A stretch of 35,585 bases of DNA, from positions 1 through 35,585 of the IMG/VR virus record IMGVR_UViG_3300012348_000060; one strand, written 5' to 3'. Below are positions 12,713 to 21,124 of this stretch, piece after piece. The DNA is from a virus. The number at the start of each line of letters is the position of its first letter. The stretch's first letter is position 1. A program made the translations under genes and the position numbers. The notes beneath the pieces are model-generated. The model was not told the origin of the DNA and did not search any database. It was given only the letters and a program-made list of their open reading frames with translations.

Positions 12713-13217
12713 CTTGGGAAGCGGTAAAGACTTCCTAGAGGACTGCTTAAACGCAGACATTCAGGAAAGCAAAAAACCAGACTGGGTGCTGGACATTACC
12801 AATGTGCCATGGGGAGAAACAATCTCTACACGGTTTGGCGATATAGAGATAAAGAAGGGGATGTTTGATAAGATCATCGCCAACGATGTCTTGGAGCATA
12901 TACCTGATCTTGTGGCGGCAATGACCAATTGCAAGGACTTGCTATCAGATAAAGGCGAGTTTCATATTCATGTTCCTTATGACCTAAGTCTGGGCGCTTG
13001 GCAAGATCCAACCCATGTTAGAGCGTTCAATGAGAATAGCTGGCTGTATTACACGGATTGGCATTGGTATCTAGGCTGGACAGACAGGTTCTACATGAAA
13101 GAACTATCGCTAGAGAAAAGCCCACTCGCAGATGAAATGGGCATAAGTGAACAGATGCTAACCATCCTGCCTAGAATGATAGATGGGATGAAGGTAATTC
13201 TTACTAAACAGAAATAA
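12687..13217 (+). CDS. class I SAM-dependent methyltransferase
   Basis: LNLGSGKD (motif I) ... FDKIIANDVLEHIPD. It overlaps the acetyltransferase by 26 nt. Confidence 0.7.
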   Translation: MTSLPNCLNLGSGKDFLEDCLNADIQESKKPDWVLDITNVPWGETISTRFGDIEIKKGMFDKIIANDVLEHIPDLVAAMTNCKDLLSDKGEFHIHVPYDLSLGAWQDPTHVRAFNENSWLYYTDWHWYLGWTDRFYMKELSLEKSPLADEMGISEQMLTILPRMIDGMKVILTKQK

Positions 13218-13221
13218 GTGT

Positions 13222-13236
13222 TGTAGAATAGCTACA
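13222..13236 (+). promoter_or_regulatory. TGTAGAATAG motif / TGTAG-N5-CTACA inverted repeat upstream of the terminase genes
   Basis: The TGTAGAAT octamer is at 13222-13229. The same 10-mer TGTAGAATAG recurs at 19093-19102. Confidence 0.4.
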
Positions 13237-13265
13237 TCATCAACCATCAACCCAAGGGGAATGGC

Positions 13266-13583
13266 ATGGAAAGTTCTACAGAAAACAAAGAATTAGGAAT
13301 CGCCTCGAATAATCGTGGCGGTCAGCCAGGCAATCAGAACGGCAAGAAGGGCAAGCTGTTCTATAACCAGCTACGAGTAGCCTTGGTTCAAGAGGATAGC
13401 CGTAAATTACGCACCATTGCACAAAAGCTAGTAGATGCTGCCGAGCAGGGTGAGCCATGGGCGATTAAAGAAGTAATCGACAGGGTAGACGGTAAGGCCG
13501 TACAAGCTACAGAGATTAGCGGTGTAGATGGCGAGGCTATCGAACTAAAGCAGATTGAGTTCATTATCAAGCGCCCAGAGTGA
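13266..13583 (+). CDS. terS: terminase small subunit (putative)
   Basis: It lies directly upstream of TerL with a GTGA overlap. GGQPGNQNGKKG ... EPWAIKEVIDRVDGKA resembles small-terminase N-termini. Confidence 0.5.
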   Translation: MESSTENKELGIASNNRGGQPGNQNGKKGKLFYNQLRVALVQEDSRKLRTIAQKLVDAAEQGEPWAIKEVIDRVDGKAVQATEISGVDGEAIELKQIEFIIKRPE

Positions 13584-14845
13584 TTGAAGCAGAAGAAAAA
13601 CTGAGTCTTGAGATACCAGAGAAGCTAGAGTGCTTGCTGGAGGAATACCGTTTCAAAGTCGTTTACGGTGGGCGTGGTTCATCTAAGTCTTGGACAGTAG
13701 CTAGGGTATTGCTTGCTATAGGCCGCAGAAAGAAGATTAGGGTCTTATGCGCTCGTGAGTTTCAGAACTCCATTAGTGATTCGGTACACGCTTTGCTTGC
13801 AGATCAGATCAAGTCGCTAGGCTTAGAGGACTTCTACACAGTACAGAACACAAGCATCTTTGGTAAGAATGGCACAGAGTTCTTGTTTGCAGGCTTAAAG
13901 CACAACATTACTAAGATCAAGTCGTTTGAGGGTGTAGACATCTGCTGGGTAGAGGAAGCACAGACTACCAGTAAATCTAGCTGGGATACGCTGATTCCTA
14001 CGATTCGTAAGGAAAACTCAGAGATATGGATTACCTTCAATCCTGAGTTAGATACAGACGAAACTTATAAACGGTTCGTGGTCATGCCGCCTAAGACGGC
14101 AAAAGTAGTAAAAGTAAACTGGTCTGACAATCCTTGGTTTCCTAAAGTTCTCAGAGATGAGATGGAGGACTTGAAAGAACGGGATATGGACGCATATCTG
14201 AATGTATGGGAAGGCAATACAAGGCAAGTCCTAGATGGCGCTGTCTACGCTAACGAGCTACGCAAGGCGCAAGAAGAAGATCGGATCAGAGATATACAAG
14301 TAGATAAGGCTATCCCTGTATCTACATTCTGGGACTTAGGCTGGGCAGACAATACAAGTATTTGGTTCGTACAGACTGTGCCTGGCGGCGAGGTACGAGT
14401 TATTGACTTCTATCAAGACAATCAGAAAACCATAGATCATTATGTAAATATCCTTCAAAACAAGGGATATACATATAGGGATCATTGGCTGCCGCATGAC
14501 GCAGAGCATAAGAATATGACTGGTCGCAGCACAAAAGAGATTATTGAGAACATGGGGCTGCCGGTACGGATTACCCCTAAACTGTCTATCTCAGACGGCA
14601 TAAACGCAGCTAGAATGTTGATGAATCGGTGTTACTTTGACACTAACCGTTGCGCTGAGGGATTACAGGCTTTACGGCACTACAGATACGCAGTAGACGC
14701 AGATACAAAGATGTTTAGTGACAAACCCTTACATGACCAACATTCCCACGCAGCAGACGCATGGAGATATGTTGCCGTAGGACTGGATGAGAAGCCCGAT
14801 ATGTGGGACAGGCCATTAAAGATTAACGCAAAGTGGATAGTTTAA
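13580..14845 (+). CDS. terL: terminase large subunit
   Basis: Walker A YGGRGSSKS, Walker B-like ICWVEEA, and a C-terminal nuclease-like region (WDLGWADNTSIWF ... HDQHSHAADAWRY). Confidence 0.85.
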   Translation: MIEAEEKLSLEIPEKLECLLEEYRFKVVYGGRGSSKSWTVARVLLAIGRRKKIRVLCAREFQNSISDSVHALLADQIKSLGLEDFYTVQNTSIFGKNGTEFLFAGLKHNITKIKSFEGVDICWVEEAQTTSKSSWDTLIPTIRKENSEIWITFNPELDTDETYKRFVVMPPKTAKVVKVNWSDNPWFPKVLRDEMEDLKERDMDAYLNVWEGNTRQVLDGAVYANELRKAQEEDRIRDIQVDKAIPVSTFWDLGWADNTSIWFVQTVPGGEVRVIDFYQDNQKTIDHYVNILQNKGYTYRDHWLPHDAEHKNMTGRSTKEIIENMGLPVRITPKLSISDGINAARMLMNRCYFDTNRCAEGLQALRHYRYAVDADTKMFSDKPLHDQHSHAADAWRYVAVGLDEKPDMWDRPLKINAKWIV

Positions 14846-14847
14846 AT

Positions 14848-16896
14848 ATGGATGACAACAAGCTAAAAGGTATTCTAGAGTCCGAGATTGATAACTCAAT
14901 CGGATTTGTAGAAACCGAAACAACCGATGCTCGTAGAAAGGCCCTGCTTTACTACAACCGTGAGCCATACGGCAACGAGGTAGAAGGCCGTTCATCCATT
15001 GTTACCGGTGAAGTAGCCGAGGTAGTAGATGGTGCGTTGCCACAACTGTTGCGTATCTTTACCCAGTCAGACGAGTTATGCCGCTTTGAGCCTAAAGGCC
15101 CAGGCGATGAGGAAGGCGCTAAACAAGCTACGGAATACTGCAATCTAGTCTTTTTCCAAGACAATGATGGCGTAATACTGATGCACAACTGGTTTAAAGA
15201 CGCTCTGTTGCAAAAGAACGGAATCGTCAAATACTGGTGGGAAGATAGCGCAGATCCTACAAAAGAGAAGTACAAAGACCTGTCGGCAGAGGAGTTCCAA
15301 CTGTTGTTTTCAGACAACACTATGGAGTTAGTAAGCCAAGACATGAAGGAAGTAACACCCGAAACGCTAGACCCTATGACTGGGATGCTGATTCCAGCGA
15401 CTTACTCCTACGATGTAGTGGTAATGAAAAAGAAAGAGTCTGGCCGAGTAAAGATTGCCAATGTGCCGCCAGAGGAGTTCTTGATCTCTAAGCGTGATAA
15501 GACGATTAAAGACGCTCGCTTTGTAGCTCATCGCCTTAACATGACTCGCTCTGACTTGATTGCTGCTGGCTACGATAAAGATATTGTGGATAACCTGCCT
15601 GCGTACTCAGACCTGACTTACACGCCTGAGCGCATTGCTCGATTTGATCGTGGCGAGATGCCGGATGAAACACAATCTCTAGACTTCTCGATGCAAGACA
15701 TTGAGGTTTTTGAGTGCTATATCCGCACCGATTACGATGAGGATGGTATTGCCGAGTTGCGTAAGATTACCTACGCTGGCTCAGAGATCCTTGATAACGA
15801 GGAAGTAGATCACATTCCTTTTGCTAGTATTTGCCCAATCCCAATGCCCCATAAGTTTTTTGGGCAGAGCTTGGCAGACCGTAGCATGGACATTCAGTTG
15901 ATTAAGTCTACGATTACTCGTCAGATTTTGGACAATATGTACCTGACCAATATGCCTCGCATGACGGCTATTGATGGCCAAGTAAACATGGATGACCTCT
16001 TAACCGTTGCTCCTAATGGAGTAGTACGCATGAAGTCGCAGGGCGCAGTACAAGCCTTGACCGTACCAGCAACCGCAGCACAGTCGTTCCCAATGCTAGA
16101 GTATTTAGACTCAGTAATGCAGAAGCGCTCAGGCGTTGCACAGGCTGGTCAAGTGTTAGATCCAAGCATTTTGCAGAACACAACGGCTACCGCTATTGCG
16201 GCAATGCAACAGACTGGCGCAGGCCGTATTGAGATGATTGCTCGTATCTTTGCTGATACTGGTGTTAAGGACTTGTTTACAGGGATTTTCCACTTACTCT
16301 GCAAGTACCAGGACAAAGCAAGGGTTATCCGTCTGCGTGGCAAGTACATCTCTATTGATCCTAGGGAGTGGTCAAACAACTACGACATGGAAGTTAATGT
16401 GGGCTTAGGTACTGGCAACAAAGATCAGCAGATGGCTATGGCAGCTATGGTATTGCAGAAGCAAGAACAGATCTTGCAGACGCAAGGCCCAGCTAACCCA
16501 TTGGTATCTGTAGCTCAGTATCGGGAAACATTAGGCCGCTTTATTGAGGCAGCAGGCTTTAACGACTCTACTGAGTTCTTTAAAGAGATTACCCCTGAGA
16601 TGGATCAGATGCTGTCAAATCCTCCTCCTCAGCAGCCACAACAAGACCCAGCAGTCATGGCTTATATGCAGCAGGTACAGGCTCAGATTGCAGGCGATCA
16701 AGCCAAGATCCAAGCCAAGATTGAAGCAGACCAACTCAAGGCACAAGCAGATATTCAGTTGGCTAGAGAGAAAGCCATTGCTGAGATCCAGCTAGAGCGT
16801 GAGAAGGCTGCGGCACAGTTAGAGCTAAAGACTGCACAGTTTCAAGCAGAAACACAGTTAAAGACGGCTGAGATGGTAGCTAAAGGGATGCAATGA
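14848..16896 (+). CDS. portal protein with C-terminal coiled-coil (barrel-like) extension
   Basis: About 680 aa, directly after TerL. The C-terminus reads QAKIQAKIEADQLKAQADIQLAREKAIAEIQLEREKAAAQLELK. ATG 14848 is preferred over track GTG 14833. Confidence 0.75.
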   Translation: MDDNKLKGILESEIDNSIGFVETETTDARRKALLYYNREPYGNEVEGRSSIVTGEVAEVVDGALPQLLRIFTQSDELCRFEPKGPGDEEGAKQATEYCNLVFFQDNDGVILMHNWFKDALLQKNGIVKYWWEDSADPTKEKYKDLSAEEFQLLFSDNTMELVSQDMKEVTPETLDPMTGMLIPATYSYDVVVMKKKESGRVKIANVPPEEFLISKRDKTIKDARFVAHRLNMTRSDLIAAGYDKDIVDNLPAYSDLTYTPERIARFDRGEMPDETQSLDFSMQDIEVFECYIRTDYDEDGIAELRKITYAGSEILDNEEVDHIPFASICPIPMPHKFFGQSLADRSMDIQLIKSTITRQILDNMYLTNMPRMTAIDGQVNMDDLLTVAPNGVVRMKSQGAVQALTVPATAAQSFPMLEYLDSVMQKRSGVAQAGQVLDPSILQNTTATAIAAMQQTGAGRIEMIARIFADTGVKDLFTGIFHLLCKYQDKARVIRLRGKYISIDPREWSNNYDMEVNVGLGTGNKDQQMAMAAMVLQKQEQILQTQGPANPLVSVAQYRETLGRFIEAAGFNDSTEFFKEITPEMDQMLSNPPPQQPQQDPAVMAYMQQVQAQIAGDQAKIQAKIEADQLKAQADIQLAREKAIAEIQLEREKAAAQLELKTAQFQAETQLKTAEMVAKGMQ

Positions 16897-17123
16897 ACAA
16901 AGCAGAAAGAGCTAACAACTACTTGATGGATGAGTTCTTTATGGAGCTAGTAAACGCTCAGAAGGACTTGTACAAGTCTTACATATTTGGATCAGCAGAA
17001 GAAGATGTAGAAGGCAGAGAACGAGCCTTAGTAAAGCTGAGAGCAATCGAAGAATTTGAAGCGTCATTACAATCACTCGTGCAGCAAAGCGAAATTGATA
17101 AGAGGCGTATACGGTTTTTTTAA
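16893..17123 (+). CDS. hypothetical protein (76 aa)
   Basis: ORF track. ATGA overlap with the portal gene. Confidence 0.6.
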   Translation: MNKAERANNYLMDEFFMELVNAQKDLYKSYIFGSAEEDVEGRERALVKLRAIEEFEASLQSLVQQSEIDKRRIRFF

Positions 17124-17143
17124 CTACCTAAAAGGTAAACAAC

Positions 17144-18118
17144 ATGAGCGACAACACCAACCCATCAGGGAGTGTAGATACATCTGTAAACGGTGCGGCT
17201 AACGCATTTATGTCTATTCTTGAGCCACGAAACGAGGAAGCGCAAGCTGACCCAGAAGTTCGTGCAAGCGATGATTCTGAGGAGTATTCAGATGAAGGCG
17301 AGTTCGAGCAATCGGATTTAAATGCGGAAGAAACTGAATACGAAGAAGAAGCAGTAGAGGAATCTCCCAAATACCGAGTGAAAGCTAACGGTGAGGAACT
17401 GGAGGTAAGCCTTGATGAGCTTCTGAACGGATACAGTCGGACTGCCGATTATCAGAAAAAGACTCAATCTTTAGCGGAACAGCGCAAGGCCGTAGAGGCA
17501 GAGCGCAGTAAGATTGAGGAAACAGCCAAGGTGCGTGATACCTATGCACAACGACTCCAAGTTATTGAGCAGTTGCTTGAACAGCAAAAGGGAACTGAGA
17601 ACTTAGCGGAACTCAAAGAGAATGACCCAATTGCCTATGCAATCGCCATAGCAGAGCGTAGTGAGAAGGAAAAGCAACTTAGCGCTATCCAAGCTGAACG
17701 CCAGCGAGTACAGCAAGAGCAGGCCCAACAACAGGCTCAAGTACTGCAATCGCATATTCAGCAAGAGCAACAAAAGCTAGTAGAGTTGATTCCTGAGTTT
17801 AAGGATGAGGCCAAAGCCGAGGTAATCCGTAGGGATATTCGGTCTTATGCTAAGTCCATTGGATTCTCGGATCAAGAACTAAGCCAAGTTTACGATAGCC
17901 GAGCTGTGTCAGCGCTCTATAAGTCGATGATGTATGACAAGCTGGTAGCAGGAAAGCCAGGCGCACATAAGAAAGTGCAGTCAGCACCTAAGACATTGAA
18001 ACCAGGAACATCTAACCCTAAGAGTTCCGAGCAAGAAGCAAAAAAGAAAGACTTTGAGCGTTTGCGCCAATCCGGCAATAAGAAAGACGCTGCAAGGTTA
18101 TTTGAACGATTTTTATAA
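17144..18118 (+). CDS. scaffolding protein (putative)
   Basis: It lies between the portal and capsid genes. It has an acidic N-terminus and a long Q/E/K-rich coiled-coil. Confidence 0.6.
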   Translation: MSDNTNPSGSVDTSVNGAANAFMSILEPRNEEAQADPEVRASDDSEEYSDEGEFEQSDLNAEETEYEEEAVEESPKYRVKANGEELEVSLDELLNGYSRTADYQKKTQSLAEQRKAVEAERSKIEETAKVRDTYAQRLQVIEQLLEQQKGTENLAELKENDPIAYAIAIAERSEKEKQLSAIQAERQRVQQEQAQQQAQVLQSHIQQEQQKLVELIPEFKDEAKAEVIRRDIRSYAKSIGFSDQELSQVYDSRAVSALYKSMMYDKLVAGKPGAHKKVQSAPKTLKPGTSNPKSSEQEAKKKDFERLRQSGNKKDAARLFERFL

Positions 18119-18135
18119 TTTAAAGGAATTAAATC

Positions 18136-19086
18136 ATGGCTATTTATAATCGCTACGACGCAGTAGGCGCTCGTGAAGATTTATCCGATGTTATCTATAA
18201 CATCTCCCCAACCGACACCCCAATCATGTCATCCATTGGCAAGACCAAGGCTACTGGTGTTTACCATGAGTGGCAGACTGACAGCCTCGCAGCGTCTACT
18301 ACTGCTAACGCATTGGTAGAAGGTGCAGATGCTACTGCTGCTGACCTCAGCCCAACAACTCGTATTGGTAACTACACACAAATCGTAGGTAAGACCATTC
18401 AAGTTTCTGGTACTTTGGAAGCTGTAGACAAGGCTGGCCGTAAGTCTGAGAAGGCTTATCAGTTGGCTAAGGCTTCTGCTGAAATCAAGCGTGATATTGA
18501 AACCATCATCACCGCTAACCAAGGTCAAGCAACTGGCTCAAGCAACTCGACAGCTCGTAAGATGGGCTCGCTGTTGTCGTACATCAAGACCAACACCAGC
18601 AAGAACGGTACATCCGTAACTGGCGTTGATCCTACGACTATCGGTGTTTCAACCCGTACAGACGGCACAGTTCGTACATTTACAGAAACCATCCTCAAGG
18701 ATGTTATTTCCAAAGTGTTCGTTTCCGGCGGTACGCCATCAGCTTTGTTTGTTAGCCCAGCTCTCAAGCAAGTTGTATCAGGCTTTGCAGGTTTGGCAGC
18801 ACAGCGTTATCAAGTGCCAACAAGCGGTCAGGCAACCATCCTAGCTGGCGCTGATCTGTATCAGTCCGACTTTGGTGTTTTGCAGATTGTTCCTAACCGC
18901 TTTATGCGTACCCGTGATGCTCTCGTTCTCGATCCTGAGTACGCAGCATTGGCTTACTTGCGCCCATTCCAAACGAATGAGCTCGCAAAAGCTGGCGATA
19001 GCGACAAGACACAAATCTTGGCCGAATTGACCCTGGAAGTTAAGAACGAAGCTGCACACGGTGGTGCATTTGACTTAACCGCCTAG
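18136..19086 (+). CDS. major capsid protein
   Basis: Position after the scaffold gene. The N-terminal DLSDVIYNISPTDTPIMSSIG ... HEWQTDSL motif is typical of a widespread podophage capsid family. Terminator follows. Confidence 0.75.
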   Translation: MAIYNRYDAVGAREDLSDVIYNISPTDTPIMSSIGKTKATGVYHEWQTDSLAASTTANALVEGADATAADLSPTTRIGNYTQIVGKTIQVSGTLEAVDKAGRKSEKAYQLAKASAEIKRDIETIITANQGQATGSSNSTARKMGSLLSYIKTNTSKNGTSVTGVDPTTIGVSTRTDGTVRTFTETILKDVISKVFVSGGTPSALFVSPALKQVVSGFAGLAAQRYQVPTSGQATILAGADLYQSDFGVLQIVPNRFMRTRDALVLDPEYAALAYLRPFQTNELAKAGDSDKTQILAELTLEVKNEAAHGGAFDLTA

Positions 19087-19092
19087 TAGTAA

Positions 19093-19100
19093 TGTAGAAT
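19093..19100 (+). promoter_or_regulatory. TGTAGAAT promoter-like octamer
   Basis: Exact octamer. TTGACT lies 19 nt upstream (19070-19075), which is a long spacer. Confidence 0.3.
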
Positions 19101-19101
19101 A

Positions 19102-19126
19102 GGGGGTGGGGAAACTCGCCCCCTTT
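19102..19126 (+). terminator. Intrinsic terminator after the capsid gene (GAAA tetraloop)
   Basis: GGGGGTGGG (19102-19110) pairs with CTCGCCCCC (19115-19123). That gives 9 pairs including 2 G-U, a GAAA loop, and then TTTCT. Confidence 0.6.
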
Positions 19127-19139
19127 CTAGGAGATATAA

Positions 19140-19484
19140 ATGTCTGATCTCGGTAAACGAGGTAATTTAGGTAGTGTTGATGGAATAATAAAGACAGCCC
19201 ATGCTGACGGTGAGGGTGGCCTTATTATTCATTCAGAAACAGATATGACGGCTTTTGTAGATCATACAAAGCGCCAGTTTAATGAGCGTAGTGAAAAGAC
19301 GGGCTGGGGCGATCAGCCACTAGACCCTAGAAATAAGATAGCGGAACTGCCGCCATTAGTAATTGAAGATTTAAACAAGCTAGGCATTATGCGTGGCTAT
19401 CATATTGTTGATCCTAAAGCGATGGCTAAATGGCTAAATAACCCCGATAACAGGGTATTTCGCACTCGTGGGGGCAATGTATGA
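19140..19484 (+). CDS. hypothetical protein (114 aa)
   Basis: ORF track. GGAGATATAAAATG ribosome site. Confidence 0.6.
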   Translation: MSDLGKRGNLGSVDGIIKTAHADGEGGLIIHSETDMTAFVDHTKRQFNERSEKTGWGDQPLDPRNKIAELPPLVIEDLNKLGIMRGYHIVDPKAMAKWLNNPDNRVFRTRGGNV

Positions 19485-20107
19485 GAGTCGCTATTTGCAT
19501 CCCAGCAAGAGGGCAGATGGAGGTTACAACCGCATTTGACCTAACAATGATGTCGGCCTACATGGCTGCTAAAAAGAATATAGATTTAAATGTATACACC
19601 TCGCAAGGTACGCTGATATTTGACCAGCGCAATAGCTTAGTGCGTACAGCAGTAGAGGAAAAGTGCGACTACATCCTGTTTATAGATGCAGATATGCGCT
19701 TTCCCAAGACCACTTTAGAGCGCCTTTTAGCACATAAAAAAGATATAATAGGCGTAAACGCTACCACCAGAATGATGCCTCCTAAGCCTACGGCTAGGAA
19801 TATTCAGATCAACGAAGATGGCAGCGTAGACTGGTTAGAAGTATTTTCCAATAAGGAAAAAGGAATAGGCAAGGTAGATGCTATTGGGTGCGGTGTGATG
19901 TTGATTAAGACTTCATGCCTCAAGAATATCCCACAGCCGTACTTCTACTTTGAGCAGTTATTGAAGGGCAAGTTGTTAGGCGAGGATATTTACTTTTGCA
20001 TAAAAGCAAAAGATGCAGGAATAGACACATGGGTAGACCATGACTTATCTATGGAGATAGGCCATGTCGGTTCATACACCTATGGGTGGGATGACATTAA
20101 GGACTAA
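19481..20107 (+). CDS. GT-A fold glycosyltransferase (second copy, in the capsid/tail block)
   Basis: RVAICIPARG ... YILFIDADMRF (DxD) ... GCGVMLIK ... GEDIYFC pattern of family-2-like glycosyltransferases. Confidence 0.65.
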   Translation: MRVAICIPARGQMEVTTAFDLTMMSAYMAAKKNIDLNVYTSQGTLIFDQRNSLVRTAVEEKCDYILFIDADMRFPKTTLERLLAHKKDIIGVNATTRMMPPKPTARNIQINEDGSVDWLEVFSNKEKGIGKVDAIGCGVMLIKTSCLKNIPQPYFYFEQLLKGKLLGEDIYFCIKAKDAGIDTWVDHDLSMEIGHVGSYTYGWDDIKD

Positions 20108-20109
20108 AA

Positions 20110-20730
20110 ATGGCTTACACAAACTACACGGATTTGCAGGCATCAGTCGCAGGCTACTTAGGCCGTAGCGACTTATCATCGCAGATTCCTGACTTTATTC
20201 GTTTTGCAGAGATACGCTTGGCAAGAGAGTTGCGTACTCGGCTAATGCTAAAGTCGGCTACAGCACCTATGGTGGCTAACGATGCACGAGTAGCGTTGCC
20301 TACTGACTTTTTAGAGATTCGTGACCTGTTTACGCAGGGAAATCCTCGGATGCCAGTAACCTATCTGTCCCCTAGTGGCTTCACAAGAGATGCTAGGGCA
20401 GATGAGTCTGGCTTGCCTGTTTTTTACACGGTATTGGCGTCAGAGTTTCAGTTTGCGCCAATCCCTGACAAGGCTTATGTATTAGAGATTCTGTACTATG
20501 CACAGCCGCCTGTGTTGTCTGGCGCAAATCCTTCTAATGTATTCCTTGCTAACTATCCGGATGCTCTCCTTTATGGCGCATTGATAGAAGCAGAGCCTTA
20601 CTTAATTAACGATGCTCGATCACAAACATGGGCAACCCTGTACGACAGAGCAGTTAAGAACATTTCCGATGCAGACCAAGGCGGCGAGTATTCGGGTATT
20701 CCCTTACAAATGAAACTTACCTCACGATAG
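20110..20730 (+). CDS. virion structural protein (head-tail adaptor candidate)
   Basis: ORF track. The call rests on position and on the N-terminal TDLQASVAGYLGRSDLSSQIPDFIRFAEIRLAREL motif, seen in adaptor-position proteins of podophages. Confidence 0.4.
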   Translation: MAYTNYTDLQASVAGYLGRSDLSSQIPDFIRFAEIRLARELRTRLMLKSATAPMVANDARVALPTDFLEIRDLFTQGNPRMPVTYLSPSGFTRDARADESGLPVFYTVLASEFQFAPIPDKAYVLEILYYAQPPVLSGANPSNVFLANYPDALLYGALIEAEPYLINDARSQTWATLYDRAVKNISDADQGGEYSGIPLQMKLTSR

Positions 20731-20737
20731 GACTATC

Positions 20738-21124
20738 ATGGCCGAAATGTCAAACTACCTTGAAAATGCGCTAATTAACGCAACTTTAAGAAACACAGCA
20801 TACACATCACCAACAACGGTATATATAAGCCTGCACACAGCAGATCCTACTGACGCTGGTTCTGGCACAGAAGTTAGTGGTGGATCTTATGTTCGCAAAG
20901 CCGCTACCTTTGCTGCCCCCTCTAATGGCGTATCTGCCTCTAATGCAGATGTAACCTTTGACCAAGCTACTGCGTCATGGGGAACTATTGGCTGGATCGG
21001 CATTTGGGATGCGGTTTCTACAGGCAATATGCTGTATCACACAGCTTTGACAACTTCTAAAGCTATTGATACAGGCGATATTTTTAAGATTGCTTCTGGT
21101 AGCCTAACAGTTACATTGGCATAA
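20738..21124 (+). CDS. conserved virion-associated protein (128 aa)
   Basis: YLENALINATLRNTAYTSPTTVYISLHTADPTD ... SGGSYVRKAATF ... WGTIGWIGIWDA is a widely conserved phage motif block. Confidence 0.5.
   Translation: MAEMSNYLENALINATLRNTAYTSPTTVYISLHTADPTDAGSGTEVSGGSYVRKAATFAAPSNGVSASNADVTFDQATASWGTIGWIGIWDAVSTGNMLYHTALTTSKAIDTGDIFKIASGSLTVTLA

Noticed and set aside
14952-15344. Antisense or shadow ORFs inside large structural genes (also 27327-27677, 27969-28256, 28734-29102, 31311-31571, 31773-32030, 32055-32300, 18229-18767, 24590-24868)
   Set aside because: All are embedded opposite long, well-supported operonic genes. They have implausible compositions and no start context, so they are treated as frame shadows.
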